Source: Sphingomonadales bacterium (GTDB lineage: Bacteria > Pseudomonadota > Alphaproteobacteria > Sphingomonadales > Sphingomonadaceae). Taken from it: 64,000 bases of DNA. The stretch lies in contig JAIXQM010000007.1 of the NCBI GenBank assembly GCA_027485735.1, positions 36,007 through 100,006 on the forward strand, written 5' to 3'. Position numbers and translations under genes: made by a program. The notes beneath the pieces were generated by a model. The model had not been told where the DNA came from, did not search any database, and saw only the letters and a list, made by a program, of their open reading frames with translations. Below are positions 55,201-64,000 of the stretch, piece after piece (the first letter of the stretch is position 1; each line of letters opens with the position of its first letter).

Positions 55201-57752
55201 AGCTGATCGATCAGATTGCCGGCCTGCTCACCGGCGAAGATGCCCGCACTGATGTCGCGCGGCCGGCCATCCATCTCGACACCATCTCGGCATGGCTGCC
55301 TTGGCGGACATATCTTCCTGACAGTGGCCTGTTCCTGAATGCGGCCTCGACCGGTTTCATCATGGAACTGCCGCCGCTGATCGGCGCGGATGAACGTACC
55401 GCCGATATCCTCGCACAGTTCTTTCAGGAAGGCCTGCCTGCTGGCGCCCAGCTGCAAATTCTGTCCTGGGGCAGCCCGCGCACCTATCGCCGCCTCGGCG
55501 ATTGGTTCAAGCCGCGCTATGAGGCTGGCGGCATCTACCAGACCATCGGCCGGGCCCGGGCGCGCTATCTGGCCAATGGCGTCTGGACGTCGCTGTCGAA
55601 AGACGCGCCATTCCACCTGCGCAACCACCGCGTCATCGTCAGCTGCGGCGTGCCAGCACAATCTCGCGCGGGCTACGCCGAGTTGATAGCCGCTCGCGAT
55701 GGTCTGGCATCGGTGCTGAAGTCGATCAATGTCGAGGTCATTCATTTCGATCCGCAGATGCTCATCGAGCTCGTTGACGACATTACCTCGCCGACCACCG
55801 CCTGCGAGATCGATGCCCACCAGTATAGCCCGCTCGATCCCATCGCTGATCAGGCAATCCGCCGCGATATCCAGCTCGAGGTCGAGGACGCACGGATGCG
55901 GCTCAGAACCGAGCGGTTTCGGCCAACGAGTTTCCATCCTGATGGTGTGGCGGAAGTTGGCGAAGTCTACCCTGACAGCTTCGATGTGCGCCACTTCGGG
56001 GTGCGCAATTACCCGCCGCGCTGGTCGCCATGGGAGTGCGCACGGCTGATCGGCGACATGTTTGCCGACAAGCTGCGCCTGCCCTGCCCGACCGCCACCG
56101 TCCTGTGCCTCACCTATCCGGATGAGGAAGCGGCGGTTGCAAAAGCCGGGTTCAAGGCGGTGCGTTCGCAAAGTCTTGCCGAAAGCCGGGGTGGCCGCTG
56201 GATGCCCGGCATCGCCGAGAAGGCCCAGGAATGGCGCTCGGTGCAGGAGCAAATGCGGGAAGGGAGAAAGCTGGTGCGCGCCTTCTATGGCGTCACCATT
56301 TTCGCACCCGACGGCGAAGGCGATCGCCACGAGCGGACCGTAAAATCGATCTATCGCTCGGCAGGCTGGGACCTTGTCGACGAGCGCTTTCTGCAATTGC
56401 AGGGCCTGTTCACGACGCTGCCTCTGACCCTCGCTGATGGTCTGTCCGACGACATGGAGCGACTCAAGCGCTTCCGCACGATGCTGTCGTCGACCGCAGC
56501 CAACATCGCCCCGATGCAGGGCGAATATCTTGGTGGCCCACTGGCGCATATGCTGCTGATCGGCCGGCGCGGCCAGCCCTTCTTCTGGTCGCCGTTCGAG
56601 AATCCGGCCGGCAACCACAATGTGGCGATCATGGGCAAATCCGGCTCTGGCAAGTCGGTGGCGCTGCAGGAGCTGTGCGCCGCCATGGTCGGCGCCGGTG
56701 CGCGGGTGGTCGTTATCGACGACGGCCGCTCATTCATGAACAGCGTCAAGCTGCAGGGTGGGGCATTCATCGAGTTCACGATGGCGTCGGGGTTCTGCCT
56801 CAACCCGTTTTCGATGATCGATCCCGAGCGTGTGGCGCGCGACGAGGACTACAAGCTGGACTGCCTGACCATGCTGAAGGCTCTGGTTGGCCAGATGGCA
56901 CGGTTTGTCGACCGGCTTAACGATACGGAGCGTGGCCTCATCGATGGCGCGGTCAATGCGGTGTGGGATGCAAAAGGCAACTGCGGATCGGTCGATGATG
57001 TCGCTCAGGCGCTGCGTGCAATGGGCAATCAGGATGCCGAGAATCTCGGCATCGCCATCACGCCGTTCACGGCAAACGGCACATATGGCCGATTCTTCAT
57101 CGGCCAGGCGTCACTGAAGCTGGATGCTGATTTCACCGTGTTCGAGCTCTCCGATCTCGCCACGCGCGAGGAGCTGCGCGGCGTGGTGCTGACCGCAATC
57201 ATGTTCATGACGACGCAAATGATGGTCCAGACCAATCGCTCGACCCGCAAGATGCTGCTGATCGATGAGGCCTGGCAGATGCTGAAAGGTGGGCAGATGG
57301 CGGATTTTGTTGAGGCCTATGCCCGCACCTGCCGCAAATATGGCGGGAGCCTGGCGACCGCCACCCAGTCGGTCAACGACTATTACAAATCCGACGGAGC
57401 CAAGGCCGCGCTCGAGAACAGCGACTGGACGCTGATCCTGCAACAGAAGCCCGAGACCATCGCCGACTTCAAGCGCCTGGGCAGGCTTGAGATGGATGCG
57501 TCGACCGAAAGTATCATCCGCAGCCTGAAGCGCAACGGCACTGAATACTCAGAAATCTTCATCAAAGGCCCGGACCTGCAGACGGTCGGCCGCCTCGTCC
57601 TCGATCCCTATTCGGCGACGATCTACTCGTCGTCGCCTGCGACCTTCGCACTGATCGAACAATTTCAGGCCGAGGGCCTGACTGCCGAACAGGCGATCGA
57701 GCGCATCGCCTATGGCAAGACAGGAGGCGCCAATGTCGTCGCCGCTCAGTGA
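55197..57752 (+). CDS. traC: TraC ATPase (F-type, VirB4 family)
   Basis: 851 aa with Walker A GKSGSGKS and Walker B LLIDEAW. Confidence 0.95.
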   Translation: MKLIDQIAGLLTGEDARTDVARPAIHLDTISAWLPWRTYLPDSGLFLNAASTGFIMELPPLIGADERTADILAQFFQEGLPAGAQLQILSWGSPRTYRRLGDWFKPRYEAGGIYQTIGRARARYLANGVWTSLSKDAPFHLRNHRVIVSCGVPAQSRAGYAELIAARDGLASVLKSINVEVIHFDPQMLIELVDDITSPTTACEIDAHQYSPLDPIADQAIRRDIQLEVEDARMRLRTERFRPTSFHPDGVAEVGEVYPDSFDVRHFGVRNYPPRWSPWECARLIGDMFADKLRLPCPTATVLCLTYPDEEAAVAKAGFKAVRSQSLAESRGGRWMPGIAEKAQEWRSVQEQMREGRKLVRAFYGVTIFAPDGEGDRHERTVKSIYRSAGWDLVDERFLQLQGLFTTLPLTLADGLSDDMERLKRFRTMLSSTAANIAPMQGEYLGGPLAHMLLIGRRGQPFFWSPFENPAGNHNVAIMGKSGSGKSVALQELCAAMVGAGARVVVIDDGRSFMNSVKLQGGAFIEFTMASGFCLNPFSMIDPERVARDEDYKLDCLTMLKALVGQMARFVDRLNDTERGLIDGAVNAVWDAKGNCGSVDDVAQALRAMGNQDAENLGIAITPFTANGTYGRFFIGQASLKLDADFTVFELSDLATREELRGVVLTAIMFMTTQMMVQTNRSTRKMLLIDEAWQMLKGGQMADFVEAYARTCRKYGGSLATATQSVNDYYKSDGAKAALENSDWTLILQQKPETIADFKRLGRLEMDASTESIIRSLKRNGTEYSEIFIKGPDLQTVGRLVLDPYSATIYSSSPATFALIEQFQAEGLTAEQAIERIAYGKTGGANVVAAQ

Positions 57753-58167
57753 TCCCGCGCGCCAGCGTCCCGACTTCGCGCTGGTGCCGGCAGGCGACAC
57801 CCCGCCACCCTGTTCGGCGCACCAGTCCGGCGAGGCGCCGCAGTCGACCGGCATGCGCCGGAAGTTTGCTGATGTCCTCTACATCGTGCTGATGAGCAGC
57901 GGTTGGCTGACGCTGAATATCCTGGCGGTGGCCGGCTGTGTGGTGGTGGCGTTTGCGATGCTGGGCGGTGGTGACTGGGCAGCGACGTTCCTGCAGATCG
58001 ACAATCTGACCTCCCGCTATCTCGCTGCTGATCCGAGCCGACGGGCGCAGTTCCATCACCACATCGTCCAGGTGTTCTCAACGGTGCTTCTGGCGCTGGT
58101 GGTGTTCAGGCTGCCGACATTCGTCAAGCGCATCCGGCGTGACCTTGCCGAAACAGGTGAGCCATGA
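57733..58167 (+). CDS. Hypothetical membrane protein (144 aa)
   Basis: Overlaps the traC 3' end and is coupled to the next gene. Two to three hydrophobic segments. Confidence 0.5.
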   Translation: MSSPLSDPARQRPDFALVPAGDTPPPCSAHQSGEAPQSTGMRRKFADVLYIVLMSSGWLTLNILAVAGCVVVAFAMLGGGDWAATFLQIDNLTSRYLAADPSRRAQFHHHIVQVFSTVLLALVVFRLPTFVKRIRRDLAETGEP

Positions 58168-58817
58168 GCGCCCGGCAGCCCGAGCTGGCGCTGTCAGCGG
58201 CCGTCAGTCCATCACCGCCTTCATCCGCGCCTCTCAGCAATAACCGCACGGAGGCGGAGATGCCCGGTGCGGCCCCGACCGCTGCCGTGCCGTCACCGCG
58301 TGGCTCTGGCTTGTTTGGCGGACGCGAACTGCTGTTGCTGGGGCTCATTGCTGTGCTCCTGCTTTGGGCCGCCTGGGCGACGCGCGAGCTGCTGGCACTG
58401 AAGGAGCGCCGGGTGGTCAGCGTCAGTCTGGCTACCATGGTGCAGGATTTTGTGGCGTCAGAAGCCCGTCGCGGGGCCAGCCAGCAGGATGCCGCGGCCC
58501 GGACGAGGGCCTATCTCGGCGCCATCGATGCGGCGATGCGGGCGATTTCCGAGGACGGCACCACCATCCTGGTTTCCGAAGCAGTGCTCGGCAACAGCGT
58601 TCCCGATGTGACGACGACCGTCATGAGGGCTGTGAACAGCCGGCTTGGCCTGGCGCCGTCCCCGGCAGCGCCGTCGGCGGCCGCAGCACCACTTGCCGGC
58701 CTGCCACCCCTCCCCGGCCCGTCGGCGCCAAATCCCGAAATGTCGATGCCTGACGCCAAAGCCGCCGCTGACAGTGCCGGGGCGACCACCAACCCGTTTG
58801 CAGAGCCAGCCCAATGA
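58164..58817 (+). CDS. trbI: TrbI-like protein (F-type), tentative
   Basis: A single TM segment followed by VSVSLATMVQDFVASEARRGASQQ, resembling F-type TrbI. The position after traC fits. Confidence 0.45.
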   Translation: MSARQPELALSAAVSPSPPSSAPLSNNRTEAEMPGAAPTAAVPSPRGSGLFGGRELLLLGLIAVLLLWAAWATRELLALKERRVVSVSLATMVQDFVASEARRGASQQDAAARTRAYLGAIDAAMRAISEDGTTILVSEAVLGNSVPDVTTTVMRAVNSRLGLAPSPAAPSAAAAPLAGLPPLPGPSAPNPEMSMPDAKAAADSAGATTNPFAEPAQ

Positions 58818-59353
58818 CCACAACGGTGCCCTCGCAAAGCGCCACCGGTTCGATGGCGCGGCGGATGCGCCTCTATGGTGTTGCTGCCCTGCTCGTGCTG
58901 GGATTCGGTGTGTGGCAGAGCCTGCGATCCTGGCAGCGCAACCACGCCTTTCTGATCAACGTGTCGCCGTCGCTGCCCAACTGGGCGTTCGTTCTCGAAT
59001 CCAGAGCGCCGCCGGGCCGCGGCGCGCTGATCTTCTTCCGGCCGCCGTCCTCGCCGGTCCTCATCAATAATTTCGGGGCCAAGCCCCAGCTGTTCGGCAA
59101 GCAGGTTTATGGCGTGGCAGGCGATATTGTGACCCACCGCGGCCGGGCCGTGTTCATCAATGGCCGGCAGGTTGCAGTCGCCAAGCCGCGCAGCCGCAAG
59201 GGCGAGCCGCTGGCGATGGGGCCAACTGGCGTCATCCCTTCCGGCTGCTATTATGTCGGCACATCGCACCGCGATGGGTTCGACAGCCGCTATGCGCTGA
59301 TCGGGTTTGTCTGCTTGCCGGCGATAACCGGCACCGGAACGGCGGTGCTGTAA
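58814..59353 (+). CDS. S26-family signal peptidase-like protein (TraF/TrhF type)
   Basis: NVSPSLPNW (Ser box) and SHRDGFDSRY (S26 box E-like). Same position as trhF in SXT/R391-type operons. Confidence 0.7.
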   Translation: MTTTVPSQSATGSMARRMRLYGVAALLVLGFGVWQSLRSWQRNHAFLINVSPSLPNWAFVLESRAPPGRGALIFFRPPSSPVLINNFGAKPQLFGKQVYGVAGDIVTHRGRAVFINGRQVAVAKPRSRKGEPLAMGPTGVIPSGCYYVGTSHRDGFDSRYALIGFVCLPAITGTGTAVL

Positions 59354-59354
59354 C

Positions 59355-59990
59355 ATGCGCGCTGTCCTGTTCTCCACGCTCATCGCAGCAGCGGCGCCCT
59401 TTCCAGTTGCAGCGCGCGATTACGGCCAATTGGGCACCGTCTATCCGGTCATGGAGCCGGACTTCCTCAGCGTCATCGAGCAGCGCCTCAAGGCGGCCGA
59501 AGCGTCGGGCAGGATCGCAGCGATGCAGAAGAAACTCGTCGCCAGAACGAAGGCGCGGGTTGTGCGCCCGAAGCCGGTTGCCGGCATCATGCGCGCGGTC
59601 AAGGCGCGCAGCTGGGCCTATGATCCGACAATCACCATTGCTCAGGACATCCGCGATGACAGGGGCCGCGTGATCGCCACCAAAGGCCAGAAGATCAACC
59701 CCCTTGACCATGTGCCACTGCGCCAGAGCCTCGTCTTCATCGATGGTGATGATCCGGCCCAGGTTGCCTGGGCGCTGAAAGCAACGACGGCGCTGAACGC
59801 AAAACTGATCCTGACCAGCGGCTCGCCCTTCCAGCACATGAGAACCGCCCGGCGTCGCTTCTATTTTGATCAGGAGGGCAAGCTGACAGGCAAGTTCGAC
59901 ATCCGCGCGGTCCCGGCAGTGGTGGAGGCCGATGGCCGGGTCCTCAAGGTCAGCGAAGTACCGGTGCCCGGCGGGAGAACGGCATCATGA
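59355..59990 (+). CDS. traW: TraW (F-type T4SS)
   Basis: Signal peptide followed by DYGQLGTVYPVMEPDFLSVI, the TraW signature. Confidence 0.8.
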   Translation: MRAVLFSTLIAAAAPFPVAARDYGQLGTVYPVMEPDFLSVIEQRLKAAEASGRIAAMQKKLVARTKARVVRPKPVAGIMRAVKARSWAYDPTITIAQDIRDDRGRVIATKGQKINPLDHVPLRQSLVFIDGDDPAQVAWALKATTALNAKLILTSGSPFQHMRTARRRFYFDQEGKLTGKFDIRAVPAVVEADGRVLKVSEVPVPGGRTAS

Positions 59991-60178
59991 TCAAGGCCTT
60001 TCATCATGAACGCTTCGTGCGCTTCATGGCGCCCTACCCCGGCCTGTGGCGGGAAATCGGCGCGCTTGATGACCAGTGCCTGCTGCGACGTCTTCGCCGG
60101 GCGCGCCAGCACCTTGGCCTTTCGCCGGATTACCATCTGACCCCGCCCCAGCCCGCTGACGCGCGGGAGGACGGATAA
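59987..60178 (+). CDS. Hypothetical 63-aa protein
   Basis: Translationally coupled on both sides (ATGA upstream, TAATG downstream). Confidence 0.45.
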   Translation: MIKAFHHERFVRFMAPYPGLWREIGALDDQCLLRRLRRARQHLGLSPDYHLTPPQPADAREDG

Positions 60179-60606
60179 TGGGCCTGCAAGCATTCACAAC
60201 CTGCCGATGGGCGCCATTGCGGCCGCCGGCACCATTCACGCCGGCAATGCGGGTCCAGCGGCCGCGGGCGATGATGTGGTGTGGCCTTGGCATGATCATG
60301 CTGCTGGCGAACATGATCTTCAAGGGCCGGCCGACCCTCGCAGTGATGACGATCCTCGTCGTTATCCAGGCCATGCGTCTTCTCTACGGCTTCATGCACG
60401 CCCAGTTCTTGAACGACCTCGAATACTGGACGGCGGACCGCATCAGCGCCTGGAATGAAGGCGAGCGCGATACGGATCGCATCGCTGCGATCAGCGAGCA
60501 GCCCTTGTTGGAACCGGCCCTGCCTGTGCCGGCCGAACCGCTGCTGCCGATTGCTCCAGCCTCGGGGTGCTCCGCAGATCATGACGGCGAAAGGACAGCC
60601 ACATGA
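60178..60606 (+). CDS. Hypothetical membrane protein (142 aa)
   Basis: Two TM segments (MMWCGLGMIMLLANMIF and TLAVMTILVVIQAM). Coupled to both neighbours. Confidence 0.5.
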   Translation: MGLQAFTTCRWAPLRPPAPFTPAMRVQRPRAMMWCGLGMIMLLANMIFKGRPTLAVMTILVVIQAMRLLYGFMHAQFLNDLEYWTADRISAWNEGERDTDRIAAISEQPLLEPALPVPAEPLLPIAPASGCSADHDGERTAT

Positions 60607-61898
60607 GCACCGATAACGGCCCCTCACTGGCCCCACGCCAGATGCCCCCTCGTCCGCTTGCGCTCCGGTGCTTCGGAACGGCGTTCGCAGTGGGGTTTGT
60701 GCTGGTGCTTGGTTTCGGCGTCGCCGCCATCATGATCGCAATCCCGTCCGCCCGGATTGCGCCCGTGGGCGCTGCGCTGTGCGTCATCGGAATGCTCATT
60801 TTGGCCAGCCTCTCGATCCTCGCCGTGTTCGCGCAGTTCTGGTGTGAGACGGCGCCACCGAAGCAGCCAAGGCGGCACCTGCGCAGTCGGGCCTTCGCCT
60901 GGCTCCCGGCGTTACTGCTGCCACTGACCTTGTTCGCGGCAAAGCCGGTCGAGGCGGTAGTTCCGGGCGTCTGCACGGGCCGCTTTGTCAACCCCATCAC
61001 CGATGTGTGCTGGAGCTGCCTGTTTCCGCTGACAGTCGGCCCGATCCCGATCTGGCCGAGCCCGCGACCCGACACCGACAATCCGATCTTGCCGGTCTGC
61101 GCGTGTGCCGATCCCATTCCGCGTCTTGGCATCGCCATCGGTTTCTGGGAGCCGGTACGACTTGCCGACGTCACGATGAAGCCATGGTGCTTTGTCAATC
61201 TCGGCGGCATCAAGCTCGATCCCGGTTTCGATATCGGCTTCAAACCGATGGCGGGGCCCTCGGCAGTGGGGGGCAAGCAGCAATATAACGGCAGCTGGCA
61301 TGTCCACTGGTACATGTATCCGCTGATCTACTGGCTCGAACTGGTCGCTGACTTCCTCTGCCTTGAGCCCGGCGATATCGACATCCTCTACCTGACCGAG
61401 ATCGACCCGCTCTGGCAGGACAGTGAGCTGACCCTGCTGATCAACCCGGAAGCTGTGGTGTTCGCCAACATGCTGGCAACAGCGGCCTGCGCCGCTGATT
61501 GTGTGGCTTCGACGACCGTTGGCCCGATCAACGCGCTGTTCTGGTGCGCTGGCTGCCAGGGCACCATGTATCCTCTCAATGGCAACATCCCGGCCCAGAT
61601 CGGCCATGTTCAGGGCAGCCGACTGGCGTTGAACCGCTTCATGTCGAAGCTGCACCGCCAGCTCATCCTGTGGGGGACCTCCGGGCAGAGTGCGCTGTGC
61701 AGCCGCGATCTCATGCCGATCATCAAGAAGAGCCAGTATCGGGTGCAGGCGACCGTGCCCATTCCCGGCTTCGGCCCTGGCGCCTGCCTGCCGATGGGTG
61801 GTGCCTCCATCGTGCCGGGTAGTGGCAACATGCTTCCTGCTGTTGGAGAAGACATGGGTTATCTGGTCTGGCGCAAGCGCAACTGCTGCCTGTTATGA
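60603..61898 (+). CDS. traU: TraU (F-type T4SS) with an N-terminal membrane extension of about 100 aa
   Basis: CTGRFVNPITDVCWSCLFPLTVG and the following sequence match the TraU signature. The ATG overlaps the upstream stop (ATGA). Confidence 0.85.
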   Translation: MSTDNGPSLAPRQMPPRPLALRCFGTAFAVGFVLVLGFGVAAIMIAIPSARIAPVGAALCVIGMLILASLSILAVFAQFWCETAPPKQPRRHLRSRAFAWLPALLLPLTLFAAKPVEAVVPGVCTGRFVNPITDVCWSCLFPLTVGPIPIWPSPRPDTDNPILPVCACADPIPRLGIAIGFWEPVRLADVTMKPWCFVNLGGIKLDPGFDIGFKPMAGPSAVGGKQQYNGSWHVHWYMYPLIYWLELVADFLCLEPGDIDILYLTEIDPLWQDSELTLLINPEAVVFANMLATAACAADCVASTTVGPINALFWCAGCQGTMYPLNGNIPAQIGHVQGSRLALNRFMSKLHRQLILWGTSGQSALCSRDLMPIIKKSQYRVQATVPIPGFGPGACLPMGGASIVPGSGNMLPAVGEDMGYLVWRKRNCCLL

Positions 61899-62650
61899 GA
61901 ACGTCAGCCTATCATTGTGCGCTCGCCGCCGTCGGCCTCGGCGCCAGCTGCTTCTTTGCAGCCAGAGCTCAGGTGGTTGAAGGCGTTGATGCTGGCCGAC
62001 TGAGAGCGGAAGCAAAACGTCAGGCAGACGATGCGCAGCTGTTTGCCGATGAGGTCAGGCGTCGCGGCGAGGAGGTGCGCGCCCAGGCGCTGCACACGCG
62101 TGACGCGGCCATGCGGAACCGGATGCCGGTGGCGACCGGCGGCAAACCATCAAACGGGATCCTCGATTTCGATCAGATGGTCGCCGATGCGGGTCGCATC
62201 GCCGATGGCAGCCTGAAGCCCAATGCTCCCCGCCTGATCGCCTTTGCGAGTATGGCACTGCCGGTGGCAAGCCTGCGTGCGCTCATCCGCGATGTTGGTG
62301 ACGCCGGCGGCGTGGTCGTGTTCCGTGGCATGCCGCAAAACAGTGCCAAGGCCTTCATGACGGCAATGGCTAAAGTCGTTGAAAAGGACCAGAAGACCAG
62401 TGGCATCGGTATCGACCCGCGCCTGTTTCGCGCGTTCATGGTGGCGGCCGTCCCGACCTATGTGGTCACCACCAGCGATGTCGAACTGTGCGACGGGTTC
62501 AATTGCTCGACGCCGCTGCCACCGCATGACCGGCTCAGCGGCAATGTTACCACCGGCTATGCGCTGGAGCGTTTTTCCGGTGGCGGTGGGCCGGGCGCGG
62601 CGGCGTCGAAAGTCTTCGCGCGGCGTCTGGCAGCCGCGCGGAAGGAATGA
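61895..62650 (+). CDS. trbC: TrbC (F-type pilus assembly)
   Basis: LIAFASMALPVASLRALIRDVGDAGGVVVFRGMP is a TrbC_Ftype-like pattern. Confidence 0.7.
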   Translation: MRTSAYHCALAAVGLGASCFFAARAQVVEGVDAGRLRAEAKRQADDAQLFADEVRRRGEEVRAQALHTRDAAMRNRMPVATGGKPSNGILDFDQMVADAGRIADGSLKPNAPRLIAFASMALPVASLRALIRDVGDAGGVVVFRGMPQNSAKAFMTAMAKVVEKDQKTSGIGIDPRLFRAFMVAAVPTYVVTTSDVELCDGFNCSTPLPPHDRLSGNVTTGYALERFSGGGGPGAAASKVFARRLAAARKE

Positions 62651-62653
62651 GGG

Positions 62654-64000
62654 ATGCAGGGTCTCGCCCTTGTTGTTCACATTCGCGTTGGCGCATTGGT
62701 ATGCGGATTGCTCTCAGGTGTCATACTGGCGCCTGGCCTTGCCCAGCAGCCGATGCAGAAGGAAATCCGCGACGAGGCTCGCGCTTTTGGTCGAACACTG
62801 GTGCCCCGTGTGCAGACCGAAGCAACCACCCAGCCCGATGCTGACCGCATCCCGCAGTTCACGACAAATCCGACCCAACAAACCTACTACAGCGATCCGG
62901 CAGCGCTCGAAGCTGACGCCATGGCCCTAGCACCAACGCATCCCGGCTCAAGCACGGTCCAGCAATCCATCACGACAAGGGCGACGTTCGACCCGCAGGA
63001 GATCAGCGACGCGACGAGTCTCGGCAGGGCCGTCCAGGCCGATCCCAACACATATGTCTCCGGCTTCTCAGCCAATGGTGAACTCGGCGTGTGCCGGCCG
63101 CTGCCGCCGAGTGAAGCCTCACCAGGCCGCTACGAACAGAGCTGCGATAGCGGCTACTCTGTCACCACATCGACGCACACCTGCGCCATTCCGCTCGATG
63201 TCACCATTACCAGCAGCTACATCTATGAGTGTTCCTTTTTGGGACAGGGAGCGCCGTCCTGCGTATTGTTTCAGGGTTGCTCGCTCACTGGCAGTCGACC
63301 CGGCCCTTGTCTGGTGACTCCTGATCCCAATGGCTGGTGTCCTGAACCGGGCGAACCAATTCAGATCTATCAGTGTTCCAGCCTCATCCCTGGCTATGCA
63401 CCTGTTGCGACGGGTGAGCCGGTTATTGCGACAACGCGCAACGAAGCTGCCTGCGCGTCCTGGTCCTCCAATCCCGAATGCCAGCCGGAAGCTGACATAT
63501 GCACCGACAGCAGCCCGGTGACCCGCACCATGAATGGCGTGCCCGTCACCCAGCCCTGCTGGGCCTGGTCGCGCACCTACCAGTGCAGCGGCATGACCCA
63601 GATGAGCGATTGCAGCCAGCTCGAAGGCATGGGGTGCAGCTTTGTGCGTGAGAACTGCCTGAGCGAGGACGCGCCATGCATGAATGTCGAGCGCGTTTAC
63701 AGTTGCCCGATTCCGCCGGTGCCAAACCAATCGGGCGAGATCTGCGATGGTGACGTGGTCTGCCTTAATGGCGAGTGCGACCAGATCGACCGCGAGCCCA
63801 ACACCGAATTCAAGGATGCGGTGGTGGCGTTGAACGCCATCGCCCAGGCCGGCAAGGAGTTCGATCCGGACAACCTCACGGTGTTCAAAGGTGAGGCCAT
63901 GTCGTGCACCAAGGCGATCTTTGGCCTGAAGAACTGCTGCGTGCCTCGTGGTTTTCCGCTGTTTGGCGGTTGCGATGCCGGCGATCAGGCGCTGAAGGAT
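62654..64000 (+). CDS. traN: TraN (F-type mating-pair stabilisation), 3' end outside the window
   Basis: The frame is open from ATG 62654 to the window end (449 codons, checked by hand). It has a signal peptide and many Cys motifs (QPCWAWSRTYQC, ICDGDVVCLNGEC, LKNCCVPRG). Confidence 0.85.
   Translation, partial: MQGLALVVHIRVGALVCGLLSGVILAPGLAQQPMQKEIRDEARAFGRTLVPRVQTEATTQPDADRIPQFTTNPTQQTYYSDPAALEADAMALAPTHPGSSTVQQSITTRATFDPQEISDATSLGRAVQADPNTYVSGFSANGELGVCRPLPPSEASPGRYEQSCDSGYSVTTSTHTCAIPLDVTITSSYIYECSFLGQGAPSCVLFQGCSLTGSRPGPCLVTPDPNGWCPEPGEPIQIYQCSSLIPGYAPVATGEPVIATTRNEAACASWSSNPECQPEADICTDSSPVTRTMNGVPVTQPCWAWSRTYQCSGMTQMSDCSQLEGMGCSFVRENCLSEDAPCMNVERVYSCPIPPVPNQSGEICDGDVVCLNGECDQIDREPNTEFKDAVVALNAIAQAGKEFDPDNLTVFKGEAMSCTKAIFGLKNCCVPRGFPLFGGCDAGDQALKD

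Larger units (their letters stand above)
23963..64000. mobile_element. Conjugative element, partial (MOBF relaxase module, oriT, leading region, regulators, F/SXT-type T4SS); continues beyond the window
   Basis: Contiguous set of transfer genes listed below. The left limit is only approximate (between 23896 and 23962). No integrase, att site or replicon gene is visible. Confidence 0.85.

Noticed and set aside
1-64000. Scan for CRISPR arrays, rRNA/tRNA genes, IS elements and transposase genes.
   Set aside because: I saw no spaced direct-repeat arrays, no rRNA- or tRNA-like sequence, and no transposase or integrase-like ORF. Absence is based on manual reading only.

Overview
High-GC (about 65%) alphaproteobacterial, sphingomonad-like sequence in two parts. 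No homology search was possible; family names come from motif reading and memory.

(A) 1-23.9 kb, metabolic and metal block:
- A histidine-utilisation locus: hutF, divergent hutI-hutH-hutG, hutU, hutC, hutD.
- It is interrupted by secreted or metal-related genes: an HExxH protein, a His-rich cupin, a membrane-anchored protein, a DUF4198-like protein, a TonB-dependent receptor and HupE/UreJ.
- A two-component system and an HME-type RND efflux operon (adaptor, CzcA/CusA-like pump, NodT-type lipoprotein) follow.
- TGTATATAC(A) palindromes of the type bound by HutC/GntR repressors sit in the intergenic promoter regions of this block, including those of the non-hut genes.

(B) 23.9-64 kb, one arm of a conjugative element. 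Plasmid versus ICE cannot be decided; no integrase or att site is in the window.
- A MOBF relaxase module on the minus strand: RHH accessory gene, traD, traI.
- An AT-rich oriT with an F/R100/R388-like nic core preceded by a 5-bp hairpin.
- A leading region of about 16 kb whose genes almost all point toward oriT. It holds ssb, parDE, DUF3846-like, DUF2493-like, ardC, an N6-methyltransferase/Strawberry-notch-type helicase of about 1445 aa, ParB-like, toprim, and several unknown ORFs.
- A lower-GC regulatory module: a LuxR-type solo plus two small regulators.
- A translationally coupled F/SXT-type T4SS operon that runs off the window end: traA-L-E-K-B, dsbC-like, traV, traC, trbI-like, S26 peptidase, traW, traU, trbC, traN.

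Most interesting non-genic signals:
- a 199-nt nested inverted repeat just inside the leading region, a candidate single-strand promoter or ssi site;
- a recurring pyrimidine box upstream of leading-region genes;
- an in-frame amber codon splitting a leading-region gene;
- TGACAT-N2-ATGTCA palindromes upstream of the T4SS operon;
- a 43-bp direct repeat bracketing the whole hut/metal block.

No rRNA, tRNA, CRISPR array or IS element was recognised.
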